DNA from: an uncultured delta proteobacterium
Lineage (GTDB): Bacteria; Desulfobacterota; Desulfobacteria; Desulfobacterales; JAFDCJ01
Length of the DNA stretch: 64,000 nt
Direction: 5' to 3'
Assembly: GCA_963769935.1 (NCBI GenBank)
Contig: CAVYNY010000008.1
Coordinates: 128,001-192,000, forward strand
The notes beneath the pieces were generated by a model. It did no database searches. It saw nothing but the letters and a program-made list of their open reading frames with translations, and was not told where the DNA came from. Positions 9,481 to 18,430 of this stretch are shown here, one piece after another. The translations under genes and the position numbers were made by a program. Every line of letters begins with the position of its first letter. The first letter of the stretch is position 1.

Positions 9481-10840
9481 ATGTCTTTTCGATACTCGAA
9501 AAAGTGCTTTAGCCGTGCTGAATACTCTGGATGAAGGGCAGCGCACCCTGGATTCCCTGCTGGAGGACTTTTCGGCTGAGAATATCGATATACCGAGGCG
9601 GGAACAATCCCTGCTGCGAGCGCTGGTTTTCGGAGTGCTGCGCTGGAGGGGCCGTCTGGACTATGTCATCTCGCAATTTTCCCGCACCCGTTTTGATAAA
9701 ATCAATCCAGCTGTCTTAAATGTCCTGCGTCTGGCGCTTTTTCAAATATTCTACCTGGATCGTATACCGGATTCCGCCGCGGTCAACACGGCTGTGGAAA
9801 TGGCCAAGGCATCCGGTGCTCCCTGGGTGGTAGGCTATGTGAATGCGTTGTTGCGCAAGGCTGCCCGTGAATATCCAAACGTGTCCTGGCCGGATGTCGA
9901 GCGAGCCCCGATCGCCTCGTTGGCTGTCAAAAAGTCATTTCCCGAATGGATTATCCGTAAATGGCTGTATCGCTATGGTTTGGAAAACACCGCTAACCTG
10001 TGCGACAGTATAAATACCATTGCGCCGATTACCGTTCGTACAAATACCCTCAGGATATCGCCGGCCCGGCTGTTGGAAAAGCTCGCCCTTGAAGCAGGAC
10101 GGGTACAGGCAACGTTATATGCACCGGATGGTATCACAATGGTCAACCCGGCCGCATCGATCCCGGAGTTCGGTGCTTTTAAGTCCGGCTGCTTTCAAGT
10201 TCAGGATGAGGCTGCCCAGCTGGTTTCGTTGTTATTGAATCCACGGCCCGGAGAGACCGTGCTGGATGCCTGCGCGGGATTGGGCGGCAAAACCGGCCAT
10301 ATCGCCCAGCTTATGAACAATGCGGGTAAGGTCGTGGCGCTGGATGTTAGTGCGAAGAAACTTCAGCGACTTGAAGCTGAAATGCAGCGGTTGGGTATGA
10401 CAATTGTATCAAGTCATTGTTGCAACATTGAAAAGGGAGTCTCCCCGAAGCAATTTACCGGCTTCGACCGCGTGCTGCTGGACGCCCCCTGCTCGGGCCT
10501 TGGCGTAATGCGGCGCAATCCGGATATAAAATGGCGAACATCCAAAAGGAATCTTTCAAAATATAAATCCAGACAAATCCGTCTGTTGGAAAATATTTCC
10601 CACCTTGTCAAACCGTCCGGCATTCTGGTATATGCCGTGTGCAGCCCGGAACCCGAAGAAAATGAAATGGTTATTATGGAGTTTTTGAAAATACACCCCG
10701 AATTTGTTATAAATAAGGGATTTGGACAACTCCCGGATAAACTTTGCACAATGGCGGACTCTCCAGGCGTTTTCAAAACTTATCCACTTTTAAATCAGAT
10801 GGACGGCTTTTTTGCGATACGCCTTCAAAAAATTCCATGA
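9481..10840 (+). CDS. rsmB: 16S rRNA m5C967 methyltransferase (one extra T near the start, likely a sequencing error)
   Basis: NusB-like N-terminus, QVQDEAAQ, LDACAGLGGKT, LDAPCSG, VYAVCS. Removing one T at 9486-9489 gives MSFDTRKSALAVLNTL. Confidence 0.93.
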
Positions 10841-11799
10841 TAATAAAATTTGCTAAAATAGCTGCCTTATGTCTGGCTTTTTTGTTGGCAGCCGGTGCCA
10901 GTGCTTATTTAACGCTGACATATATCATAAAAAGTGAAGACACGGTCATTGTTCCGGATCTTGTGGGAAAGGATGTCGTGTCGGTACTGGAGCTATTGAC
11001 TGACCTGCAATTAAATACCAAGGTAAGCGGATCAGAGTACAGTCCGAAATTCCCCAAAAACCACGTCGTTTTTCAGGAACCCGAGGCAGGCTCGGAAATA
11101 AAGAAAGATCGTGATGTCAGAATTATCATATCCAAAGGCCCTCAGAATATATTAATGCCCAACCTGACGACTCTGTCGGAGCAGCAGGCACGCATGATCA
11201 TCGAAGAGAACGGACTTGCCGCTGGGAGTTTGTCGCATACTTACGACAGCATTATGGAAGAAGACTATGTGATCGCACAGGTTCCGGCGGCCGATACCAT
11301 GATCACCCGCCACGGCAGGGTAGATATGTTGGTGAGTTTGGGGCCGCATCCTGTTAAATACATAATGCCGGATCTGTCCGGGCTTTCACTGGATCAAGCC
11401 GTGTTTTTGATCGAAAAAACCAACTTGAAGGTTGGCGATATACGATCAGAATTTGACGCAAAAAAAACGCTCGATTCAGTTCTCCGCCAGGAGCCGCCGT
11501 CTGGCTATCAGGTGATCGAAAGCAGCCCGGTTAATCTGGTTATCAACCGTCCTTCCGGGGGTAATCGTCTGCATCGCCCGTTATACGGCAGTCTGCTTCA
11601 GTACCGTATTAAAAGCGGCTTCTTGAAAAAACATATTCTGGTGGAGTTAGAGAATTCGAAGACCACGACAAATTTGTTCGACGAATACATCAAACCGGGT
11701 GAGGTAATATGGGTGCTCGTACCCAGGGACACGGATGCAACGGTCTTTATTTACGAAGATGATGAACTCATAGATGCCCGCATTTATAAGGCGTGGTAG
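10837..11799 (+). CDS. Membrane-anchored PASTA-domain protein (3 PASTA repeats, no kinase domain)
   Basis: ATG overlaps the rsmB stop; N-terminal TM; VPDLVGK / MPNLTTL / MPDLSGL repeats, each with Q-x-P-x-x-G-like turns. Confidence 0.85.
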   Translation: MIIKFAKIAALCLAFLLAAGASAYLTLTYIIKSEDTVIVPDLVGKDVVSVLELLTDLQLNTKVSGSEYSPKFPKNHVVFQEPEAGSEIKKDRDVRIIISKGPQNILMPNLTTLSEQQARMIIEENGLAAGSLSHTYDSIMEEDYVIAQVPAADTMITRHGRVDMLVSLGPHPVKYIMPDLSGLSLDQAVFLIEKTNLKVGDIRSEFDAKKTLDSVLRQEPPSGYQVIESSPVNLVINRPSGGNRLHRPLYGSLLQYRIKSGFLKKHILVELENSKTTTNLFDEYIKPGEVIWVLVPRDTDATVFIYEDDELIDARIYKAW

Positions 11800-11806
11800 G
11801 GCGGGT

Positions 11807-12035
11807 TAGCTCATAGCTGATAGTTGGGAAGTTGAGAAGGGGAGAAAATGGGAAGGTAAGAGGGTGAGAGGCCGGGAGGCTTGGAAGATGAGAAGTTAAG
11901 AAGGTGAGAAGTTGGGAAGATAATGGAAAACAGGGGCTGGAAAAAAGGCACTGAGTGCTTTCTTTTCAGCTATGAACTATCAACCGTGAACTATGAACTA
12001 TCAACTATCAATTCAATCAACTTAATCAATAAACT
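11807..12035. repeat. Octamer array nested inside an inverted heptamer pair
   Basis: AGCTCATAGCTGATAG, then ~12 GAAGNTGA-like units, then CAGCTATGAACTATCAAC...ACTATGAACTATCAACTAT, followed by AATCAACTT-like 9-mers. Confidence 0.7.
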
Positions 12036-12052
12036 AAGAACCGGAGGTTTCT

Positions 12053-12709
12053 ATGAAACTGATCGCGCCTTCAATTTTATCGGCTGATTTTGCCGCACTC
12101 GGCGATGAGATTAGAGCAATTGAAGCGGCAGGCGCTGATTGGATCCATGCCGATGTCATGGACGGCCATTTTGTGCCGAATATTACCTTTGGCCCGCTGG
12201 TTGTGAAAGCGGTGCGAAGGGTGACGGCGCTGCCGATCGATGTGCACCTGATGATTGAAAACCCGGACAACTATATAGCCCGGTTTGCCGAAGCGGGAGC
12301 TTCATCGATATCTGTCCAGGTCGAAAGCTGTGTACATCTGAACCGGTGCGTGCACTTGATCCGTGAATGCGGCGTCAGGCCGGGTGTGGTGCTCAATCCA
12401 TCGACGCCGACGCAATCGCTCGACTGGATATTGGCGGATGTCGATTATGTACTTATTATGAGTGTCAATCCCGGTTTCGGCGGACAAAAGTTCATCGCCA
12501 ACAGTCTGGACAAAGTACGGGAGGTGCGCCGGACAATTCAAAACCGAAACCTGAACACCCTGATTGAAATCGACGGCGGCGTCAATGAAGATACGATAGC
12601 TGATATTGCAGCCGCCGGGGTGGACATATTCGTGGCTGGTTCCGCCATCTTCGGCAGCCGGGACTATAAAAAAACCATCGGCAGCTTCCGGGAAAAAATC
12701 GGCAGCTAA
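12053..12709 (+). CDS. rpe: Ribulose-phosphate 3-epimerase
   Basis: IAPSILSADF, DVMDGHFVPN, DVHLM, MSVNPGFGGQ, IDGGVN, VAGSAIF. Confidence 0.97.
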   Translation: MKLIAPSILSADFAALGDEIRAIEAAGADWIHADVMDGHFVPNITFGPLVVKAVRRVTALPIDVHLMIENPDNYIARFAEAGASSISVQVESCVHLNRCVHLIRECGVRPGVVLNPSTPTQSLDWILADVDYVLIMSVNPGFGGQKFIANSLDKVREVRRTIQNRNLNTLIEIDGGVNEDTIADIAAAGVDIFVAGSAIFGSRDYKKTIGSFREKIGS

Positions 12710-12713
12710 AGCG

Positions 12714-12890
12714 CAACGGTGAATCGCGGAAACGGTGAATCGGATAGATCAGAAGCTGAGAAGTTGGAGATTCTAAATCGAGGCTGCGATCCTAACGATC
12801 CTAACGAACATAACAAACTCAATCAACCAATAAACCAATCAATTTAATCAACTTAATCAACCTGTCCAACTTAATCAACTCATTCAACTT
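12714..12890. repeat. 8-mer and 9-mer periodic arrays
   Basis: AACGGTGAATCG twice, CGATCCTAA twice, then many AATCAACTT/AATAAACC-like 9-mers. Confidence 0.65.
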
Positions 12891-12999
12891 GGGGGCAATA
12901 ATAAATTGATAATTCTGGGATTCTTTGATATATTATACTTATCAAATTTACTGGATAAATAGAACCTCTAAAATAGATTCATTAGGACCAATCACCACC

Positions 13000-13554
13000 A
13001 TGACGGAAAAGTTAAAAAAGTACCAAAGAACACTTTGGGGACTGTTTACTGCCGGGCTAGCCTTTGCATTTGTTACGCTGATGGGTCAGCAGACGGTTCA
13101 ATCGGACGATTTGACGGATGCGGTTAAACGCCAAAAGATCGAAAGCCTGTACAACGAGTACCAGGTCAAATTTCCCGAAGTATTGGATATTACACCGCAA
13201 CAGGCGATGAACCTCATCGCCGATCAAAAATCAGTATTTATCGATTTACGAGATCAGCAGGAACAGCAGGTATCCATGCTCCCTGGTGCAATTACTGAAA
13301 AAGAATTCATGGACAATTTTAAAAGCTATGATGATTACGTTAAAATTGCCTACTGCACCATCGGTTATCGGAGCGGAAAATTCGCTCAAAAGCTTCAAAA
13401 AGAAGGAATCCCTGTTTATAATTTGAGAGGGGGTATTTTAGCCTGGATGCATGATCGCGGGAAAGTATACAATCAGAATGGCGAAACCCACCGCGTTCAT
13501 GTGTACCAAAGCGAATGGAACCTTGCGCCGGCGCGTTATGAAGCTGTTTGGTGA
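13000..13554 (+). CDS. Exported/membrane-anchored rhodanese-like domain protein
   Basis: Hydrophobic N-terminus; IDLR...EQQVSMLPGA, YCTIGYRS active-site loop, NLRGGILAW. Confidence 0.85.
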   Translation: MTEKLKKYQRTLWGLFTAGLAFAFVTLMGQQTVQSDDLTDAVKRQKIESLYNEYQVKFPEVLDITPQQAMNLIADQKSVFIDLRDQQEQQVSMLPGAITEKEFMDNFKSYDDYVKIAYCTIGYRSGKFAQKLQKEGIPVYNLRGGILAWMHDRGKVYNQNGETHRVHVYQSEWNLAPARYEAVW

Positions 13555-13556
13555 AA

Positions 13557-13643
13557 CAGCTCACAGCTCACAGCTCATAGCTGATAAGTTTGTTGGGTTC
13601 ATTGAGTTTGTTGAGTTTATTGTGAGCCGTGGGTTGTAAGTTG
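13557..13643. repeat. Heptamer plus 9-mer arrays
   Basis: CAGCTCA x3, then GTTTGTTGG/GTTCATTGA/GTTTGTTGA/GTTTATTG, complementary to the 9-mers at 12810-12890. Confidence 0.65.
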
Positions 13644-13646
13644 CAT

Positions 13647-13820
13647 ATGGTAAAAATAAAATCGGACAGTGAAAACAACCTCAAAAAAATTTCTGCCATT
13701 GACACTTTTCAGATAAGATCCATTTCAACAAAGCGGCTTACAAGGAAAATTGGCTCAGTGTCTTCAAAAATATTAGACGAAATAAAAGCGGCGATTAAAG
13801 CCGTCATTGATGCAGATTAG
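13647..13820 (+). pseudogene. C-terminal remnant of a PemK/MazF-family toxin
   Basis: NNLKKISAIDTFQIRSISTKRLTRKIGSV matches the MazF C-terminal pattern; the N-terminal half and the antitoxin are absent. Confidence 0.65.
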
Positions 13821-13881
13821 AGGAGGTACTCAAAAATTTTAGGCAATTTAGACATTTTAGGCAATTTCCGGTTTAGCCGGG

Positions 13882-15858
13882 TCAGGTATAATAAATTTCA
13901 TAGTAATTCCTCATAGACCGATCCGTCCTACCCCACCGGCGTTCTATCAGATAGCGGGTGAAGAGGTAAAACACGATCCGCAGTTTGCCCGCCATGCGGC
14001 TGCCGTTCCAGCGTCGATCCGAAACCACAATTCCGTCACGAAAAAATACCAGCCGCCCGACTTCCTTTAATCGCAAAGCCAAATCAACATCCTCCATCAG
14101 CATCATCGACGGGAACCCTCCCATGTCATTAAGGGCCGCGGATCTGAAAAATTGCGCCTGGTCGCCGAAAGATATGCCGGTTATCAACGCGCGAATGTTG
14201 TTTAAAAAAGCGATGAACCGGGTTCTTAGGTTATTGGGATCAAATTGCATCCCGAAGGCGCCTCCCACGACATGGGGATGGGCTTCCAGAAATCTTATTA
14301 CGCGCTCAAATTGGCCTTTCGCAGCCACACAATCCGCGTGCAAAATCAGGATCACATCACCGGAGGCCGCTTTTATACCGGCTTTAATTTGAGCCCCCCT
14401 GCCCTGCTCACTTTCGATCACATGAACATTGTGTTCTGCGGCAATGGTTCGGGTACAATCCATTGAGCCGCCGTCAGCCACAATAATTTCTTTCAATGCC
14501 GGGCGGTCCTTTAAGGATTCAAGACAGCGGCCAATATTGCTCTCTTCATTTAAAGCAGGAATAATAACAGAAACATTCGTTGGCTTCGGGTAAGAATGGT
14601 TCCGCAACAGGTAGCCCTCACGAAATAGACCCCAGATGAGAAGGCCATAAAAGGGAACATATTCCAAAAGTTTTAACCAGAAGATTTCCTGGAAAATACC
14701 GGTTTTCGACTCTACCGCCAATACAGGAAATGAAAAGACGACCGCGGCAAACAAATACAGCCAGGCCAGGGACGGGAAAAACACCAGAAATGGTGCAATT
14801 AAAACCAGATACCAGGGATGAAGCGTAGGGAGAAAAATCAGCAGGCAGCCTATCGCTAAATATACGCTGCGCAGCCGGTCATGAACCACCAGGTACACCC
14901 AGGATAGACACGCCAATACTAAAAATGCACTAACCCATAGAAACCAGTCACCGAAAAACAACCGGATCATCACCGCGATGGAATCGTTATAGTGAAAAAT
15001 GTTTGCAAATGTTACCAGAGATTCAAAAATTCCCGGCCCGGCTTCCATGAAAGGGACGAACAGGACCAAGGGAATAAGAACGGCCAGACTCTTCCAGCGA
15101 TTTTCAGTATTCACCAGAAAAGGCCAGGCAACTAAAGCAAAATATTTTGATAAAACGGCGACGCCCAGCACAAGAAATCCTGCAAACTGGGACTTCTGAT
15201 AAAGGATAAGATACAATGCCAGTAAAAGAAAAAACACCTGGACCACATCCAGGTGGCCCTCCCCGGCGATATAGACAAGCACCAGCGGATTGGCGGCATA
15301 AAAAAGCAGCCTGGACGGCGGGATGCCCTGCCGGCTGATCATCAGCGTCAATAAAACCATAACCCCGATATCAAAGGCCGTCATGACAAGTTTAAAAAAT
15401 AAGGGGCTCGGATTCAGCCCGGCCAGGATTTTAAACAGCAGTAAACTTGCCGGCGGATAGGCTGCGGCAAATTCCGGGTGATTGATACGCTGCCAGACGG
15501 GATAAAGCTCGCCCCGGGCGATCTCGCTCAAAGCCGGGTTCAGGGGGGTATAAACATAAGGATTGAATCCGTGATTCTGAATATAGCCTTCCCACACATA
15601 CCGGAAGACATCGTTTCCCGCTGGATACGTCAAAAAAATAATCCTGGTCGCTAAACCCAGAACGAATATAAGGATGAAAGCCCTTCTTTGCGTTAGACCC
15701 GTCGGAAACTTAAGGATTAACATGATCATGAGCATATGGCCAAGGCAGTAAAGCCCTGAAACCCACAGGACATGATCGCCCAGCGGGGCTGAGACGGCCA
15801 GGGCTGCCATATCGGCCAGCCAGATAAGGCACAAAAATATGAAGAGGAAATTTCTCAT
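13882..15858 (-). CDS. Fusion of a GT-C-like (DUF2029/GT87-like) membrane glycosyltransferase and a TIGR04283-like GT2
   Basis: N-terminal multi-TM part with DVFRYVWEG, NPY, INHP..AAYPP, NPLV, GHLD, HPWY. C-terminal part with SVIIPALNEE, DGGS, LHAD, FGDQAQF, LMEDV, SDRRW. Confidence 0.8.
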   Translation of the reverse strand: MRNFLFIFLCLIWLADMAALAVSAPLGDHVLWVSGLYCLGHMLMIMLILKFPTGLTQRRAFILIFVLGLATRIIFLTYPAGNDVFRYVWEGYIQNHGFNPYVYTPLNPALSEIARGELYPVWQRINHPEFAAAYPPASLLLFKILAGLNPSPLFFKLVMTAFDIGVMVLLTLMISRQGIPPSRLLFYAANPLVLVYIAGEGHLDVVQVFFLLLALYLILYQKSQFAGFLVLGVAVLSKYFALVAWPFLVNTENRWKSLAVLIPLVLFVPFMEAGPGIFESLVTFANIFHYNDSIAVMIRLFFGDWFLWVSAFLVLACLSWVYLVVHDRLRSVYLAIGCLLIFLPTLHPWYLVLIAPFLVFFPSLAWLYLFAAVVFSFPVLAVESKTGIFQEIFWLKLLEYVPFYGLLIWGLFREGYLLRNHSYPKPTNVSVIIPALNEESNIGRCLESLKDRPALKEIIVADGGSMDCTRTIAAEHNVHVIESEQGRGAQIKAGIKAASGDVILILHADCVAAKGQFERVIRFLEAHPHVVGGAFGMQFDPNNLRTRFIAFLNNIRALITGISFGDQAQFFRSAALNDMGGFPSMMLMEDVDLALRLKEVGRLVFFRDGIVVSDRRWNGSRMAGKLRIVFYLFTRYLIERRWGRTDRSMRNYYEIYYT

Positions 15859-15864
15859 AGAGTC

Positions 15865-15904
15865 AAAAAATAGAAAAGGCAGGGTATTAGCCGGCCCTGC
15901 CTTT
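15865..15904 (-). terminator. Intrinsic terminator-like hairpin
   Basis: Minus strand: AAAGGCAGGG-N10-CCCTGCCTTT followed by TCTATTTTTT. Confidence 0.65.
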
Positions 15905-15955
15905 ACACTTTTGTCCGGAATGACATCTCCGTATTTTCCATGAAAACTGTGGTTG

Positions 15956-16009
15956 TTATTTTGCCAGTTCCCTGGCTTTACGAATCACTTTTATATAAAC
16001 TTCATCCAT
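15956..16009 (-). pseudogene. 17-codon ORF, possibly a collapsed remnant of the cognate PIN toxin
   Basis: MDEVYIKVIRKARELAK* overlaps the antitoxin stop, where a toxin gene would normally start. Confidence 0.4.
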
Positions 16010-16304
16010 TCAGTGCTCTCAAATCCTTCTTCAGATCGTTTAAGTCATAGTTGGAGTAAACGTGGGCCTTTTCGATTTCTTTAATCATTTCCCACAGCGT
16101 CAGATTACAATTTTGCGCTGCCTCCCAGAGGGTGATCGTTCCTGATTTGTAGCTTTCGAGTGAGTCTTGTATTGTCTGTTCCTTCAGAGAGTTGACGAGG
16201 AACAAACGCGGCAGCGCCGAACGGTCGATTCCTTTCTTTGCCGCCATTTCATCAATCTTGTTCACGTATTCGTCATCCAGACGAGTCGTCACTGTTTTTG
16301 CCAT
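16002..16304 (-). CDS. UPF0175-family antitoxin-like protein
   Basis: RHH-like N-terminus (TVTTRLDD...IDRS), then YKSGTITLWEAAQNCNLTLWEM. Confidence 0.75.
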   Translation of the reverse strand: MAKTVTTRLDDEYVNKIDEMAAKKGIDRSALPRLFLVNSLKEQTIQDSLESYKSGTITLWEAAQNCNLTLWEMIKEIEKAHVYSNYDLNDLKKDLRALNG

Positions 16305-16579
16305 AATCTGCTCCCATAGTCTCGTGTTTGCAATTGAAAAAATTGCATACGGGGTAATGCCAATCAGCTAATAAGTCAAGCCAAAATAAAAAGCGGCCAT
16401 TGAGATGATCGGCAACGCACCGCATGGCAACGTTTTTGAATCGATAGAAGGGGAAGATTTTGAACAGCGGTGAAATCTATTAGGATATGATTTTTTTCCT
16501 TGCGCCGTAGGCCTTACGCCCTACGTCACTGCGAAATTGGCAATAGCCTTGGAAGTGGCGGAGACCATTTTAGCGTATC

Positions 16580-16795
16580 CTAAAATATAATATTATGAAT
16601 AAGCCCCCTCATATATACACTGCACCACCTGGAAACCCGCACCCAGCTCCTGCGTCGCTCACCGATTCTACGCCTCTCACGCCGTCGGCGACGTTCTGCT
16701 CCGCCCTCGAAAAAATAGTCCAGGCAGTATACTTTGCGGTTATCATCGCCGGAACGACGATCGATTTGGGAACGTTTCGCGAGAGCAGCCATCAT
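16580..16795 (-). CDS. Small Arg-rich hypothetical protein with repeated [D/E]RR motifs
   Basis: RSQIDRRSGDDNRK...ERRRRRERRRIGERRRSWVRVSRW. Confidence 0.6.
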   Translation of the reverse strand: MMAALAKRSQIDRRSGDDNRKVYCLDYFFEGGAERRRRRERRRIGERRRSWVRVSRWCSVYMRGLIHNIIF

Positions 16796-16947
16796 AGTAT
16801 CATTTTAGCCTCAATATTGACGCTCCAAAAATTACCGTGATATTGTTGCTGAAATTTCAAAAACTTCGTCGAAACCTGTCAGGGATGGTTCAAACGCATG
16901 AAACTTAAACGATGGCTATTTACAGAATTTTCCACCACCAAAAAATC

Positions 16948-18141
16948 TTATAATTCGACTCGGCACTTATCTATCAACACCAGCATGGTTCCGAGAATAA
17001 ATCCTAAGGGGTACTGGGCATATTTAGAGTAAAAAGGAAAGGTCAAACTGCTGTGGATCATCCAGCACATGAAGATGACAAGCAGGCATTTAAGCAAGAC
17101 AGAAATGTTTTTGTGCGTCGCGTTTTTCAAGGCTTTAATCGTCATGACAAATACAGCCGCAAGTCCCCCAAAGACCAGCAAAAGTCCGGTAATGCCATTA
17201 TCGTATAAGACCCCGAGCGGATGAAGGTGCGGGAAAAAATACGGCTTGAACTGCGGAGCGGAATAGTCGGCATAGATCGCACGATATCCTCCGATCCCGT
17301 TGCCGAATATCCAGTCAATGATGTTATTTTTTTCAAGCATTTGCAAGGCGCTTTGCCAGAAAGAGACTCTTTCTTCGGTCCTTAAATTGATAATGAGTTC
17401 TTCCAGGTGGTTGACGGCCCCCCCATAGTTGGTAATGTAAAGAAATGCAAAGCACAGGACGATGGCCGCAAGTCCGATCCATCTGGTACGAGTCCTTATA
17501 AAGAAGACCAGGATAAAAAGCGAAGAAAACGTCAACGCCAGTATCGCAGGGCGGGATCCGCTTCGCACAAGCATATCGGCCGCCATCAGCGCAATCGGGA
17601 TATAGCCCCATTTATACCAGCCATCGGCGGTCCAGAATGAGTAGACAATCAGCGGCAATGTTGAAATCATGAGATTGGATAAATAGTGCGGGTTGGTGTA
17701 GGTGCCGTAAGGCAGGCTAAAGAATTTCACGGCCGCAAATTGCCAGCAGATGCAAAGGCACCAAACAGCCGGCAGATACGCATAGACACGCGAATCAATT
17801 TTTTTCAGGCTGAGGCAATGGATGGTAAAGACAATAAAAAGCATCCGCAGAAGATACATCACATAGTTTGATTTAACTTTGTGGGACGCAAACAGAAAGC
17901 CGAAAATTATCAGATAGAAGCAAATCGCCAGGGCAATCCAGTAGGTCAAAGGTATTTGCCTGAGTTTGTACTCTCCTGCTATCAGGTTTAACAGTACGAA
18001 ACAAGCGCCAACGTCGATGAAAACAACCACCCCGCCGCGATTGAGCGCAAAGAAACAGAAAAAGGCGCCTGTCAAAGCTGCGATGAGCCAGTATCCGCTG
18101 GTAAGTAGTTCTTTTACGGTCGATAGCTTCAGGTTTACCAT
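16948..18141 (-). CDS. O-antigen ligase (WaaL/Wzy_C)-family membrane protein
   Basis: Multi-TM; NPHYL, SGSRPA, ER..FW..A, FGNGIGG, HLHPLG..DNGITG. Confidence 0.8.
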   Translation of the reverse strand: MVNLKLSTVKELLTSGYWLIAALTGAFFCFFALNRGGVVVFIDVGACFVLLNLIAGEYKLRQIPLTYWIALAICFYLIIFGFLFASHKVKSNYVMYLLRMLFIVFTIHCLSLKKIDSRVYAYLPAVWCLCICWQFAAVKFFSLPYGTYTNPHYLSNLMISTLPLIVYSFWTADGWYKWGYIPIALMAADMLVRSGSRPAILALTFSSLFILVFFIRTRTRWIGLAAIVLCFAFLYITNYGGAVNHLEELIINLRTEERVSFWQSALQMLEKNNIIDWIFGNGIGGYRAIYADYSAPQFKPYFFPHLHPLGVLYDNGITGLLLVFGGLAAVFVMTIKALKNATHKNISVLLKCLLVIFMCWMIHSSLTFPFYSKYAQYPLGFILGTMLVLIDKCRVEL

Positions 18142-18145
18142 AGTA

Positions 18146-18378
18146 GATCAGCCACTAAGACCTAACCGGATAATCCGGAAAATTGCCACAAAGACTCAAA
18201 GGCACAAAGAAAGATTTTTGTTTGAATATTACTTTGTGTCTTGGTAGTTTGGTGGCAAAAATAAATTGCTATAAAATGCAAAGAACTCATTGCTAATGTA
18301 TTAATAATGTGATCAGCCACTAAGACTCTAAGGCACTAAGAATTTTTTTAATAACCCTTGGTGTCTTGGCGGCAAAAA
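18146..18378. repeat. Two inverted pairs of 8-mer periodic arms
   Basis: GCCACAAAGACTCAAAGGCACAAAG...CTTTGTGTCTTGGTAGTTTGGTGGC and GCCACTAAGACTCTAAGGCACTAAG...CTTGGTGTCTTGGCGGC. Confidence 0.7.
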
Positions 18379-18430
18379 TTTTAAAGATTAAAGTCTTTCT
18401 TAGTGTCTTCAGTGTAAGATTTGAAAAAGG

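Noticed and set aside
9232..9534. 100-aa ORF between fmt and rsmB
   Set aside because: It is made of the heptamer inverted arrays plus the mis-framed rsmB start.
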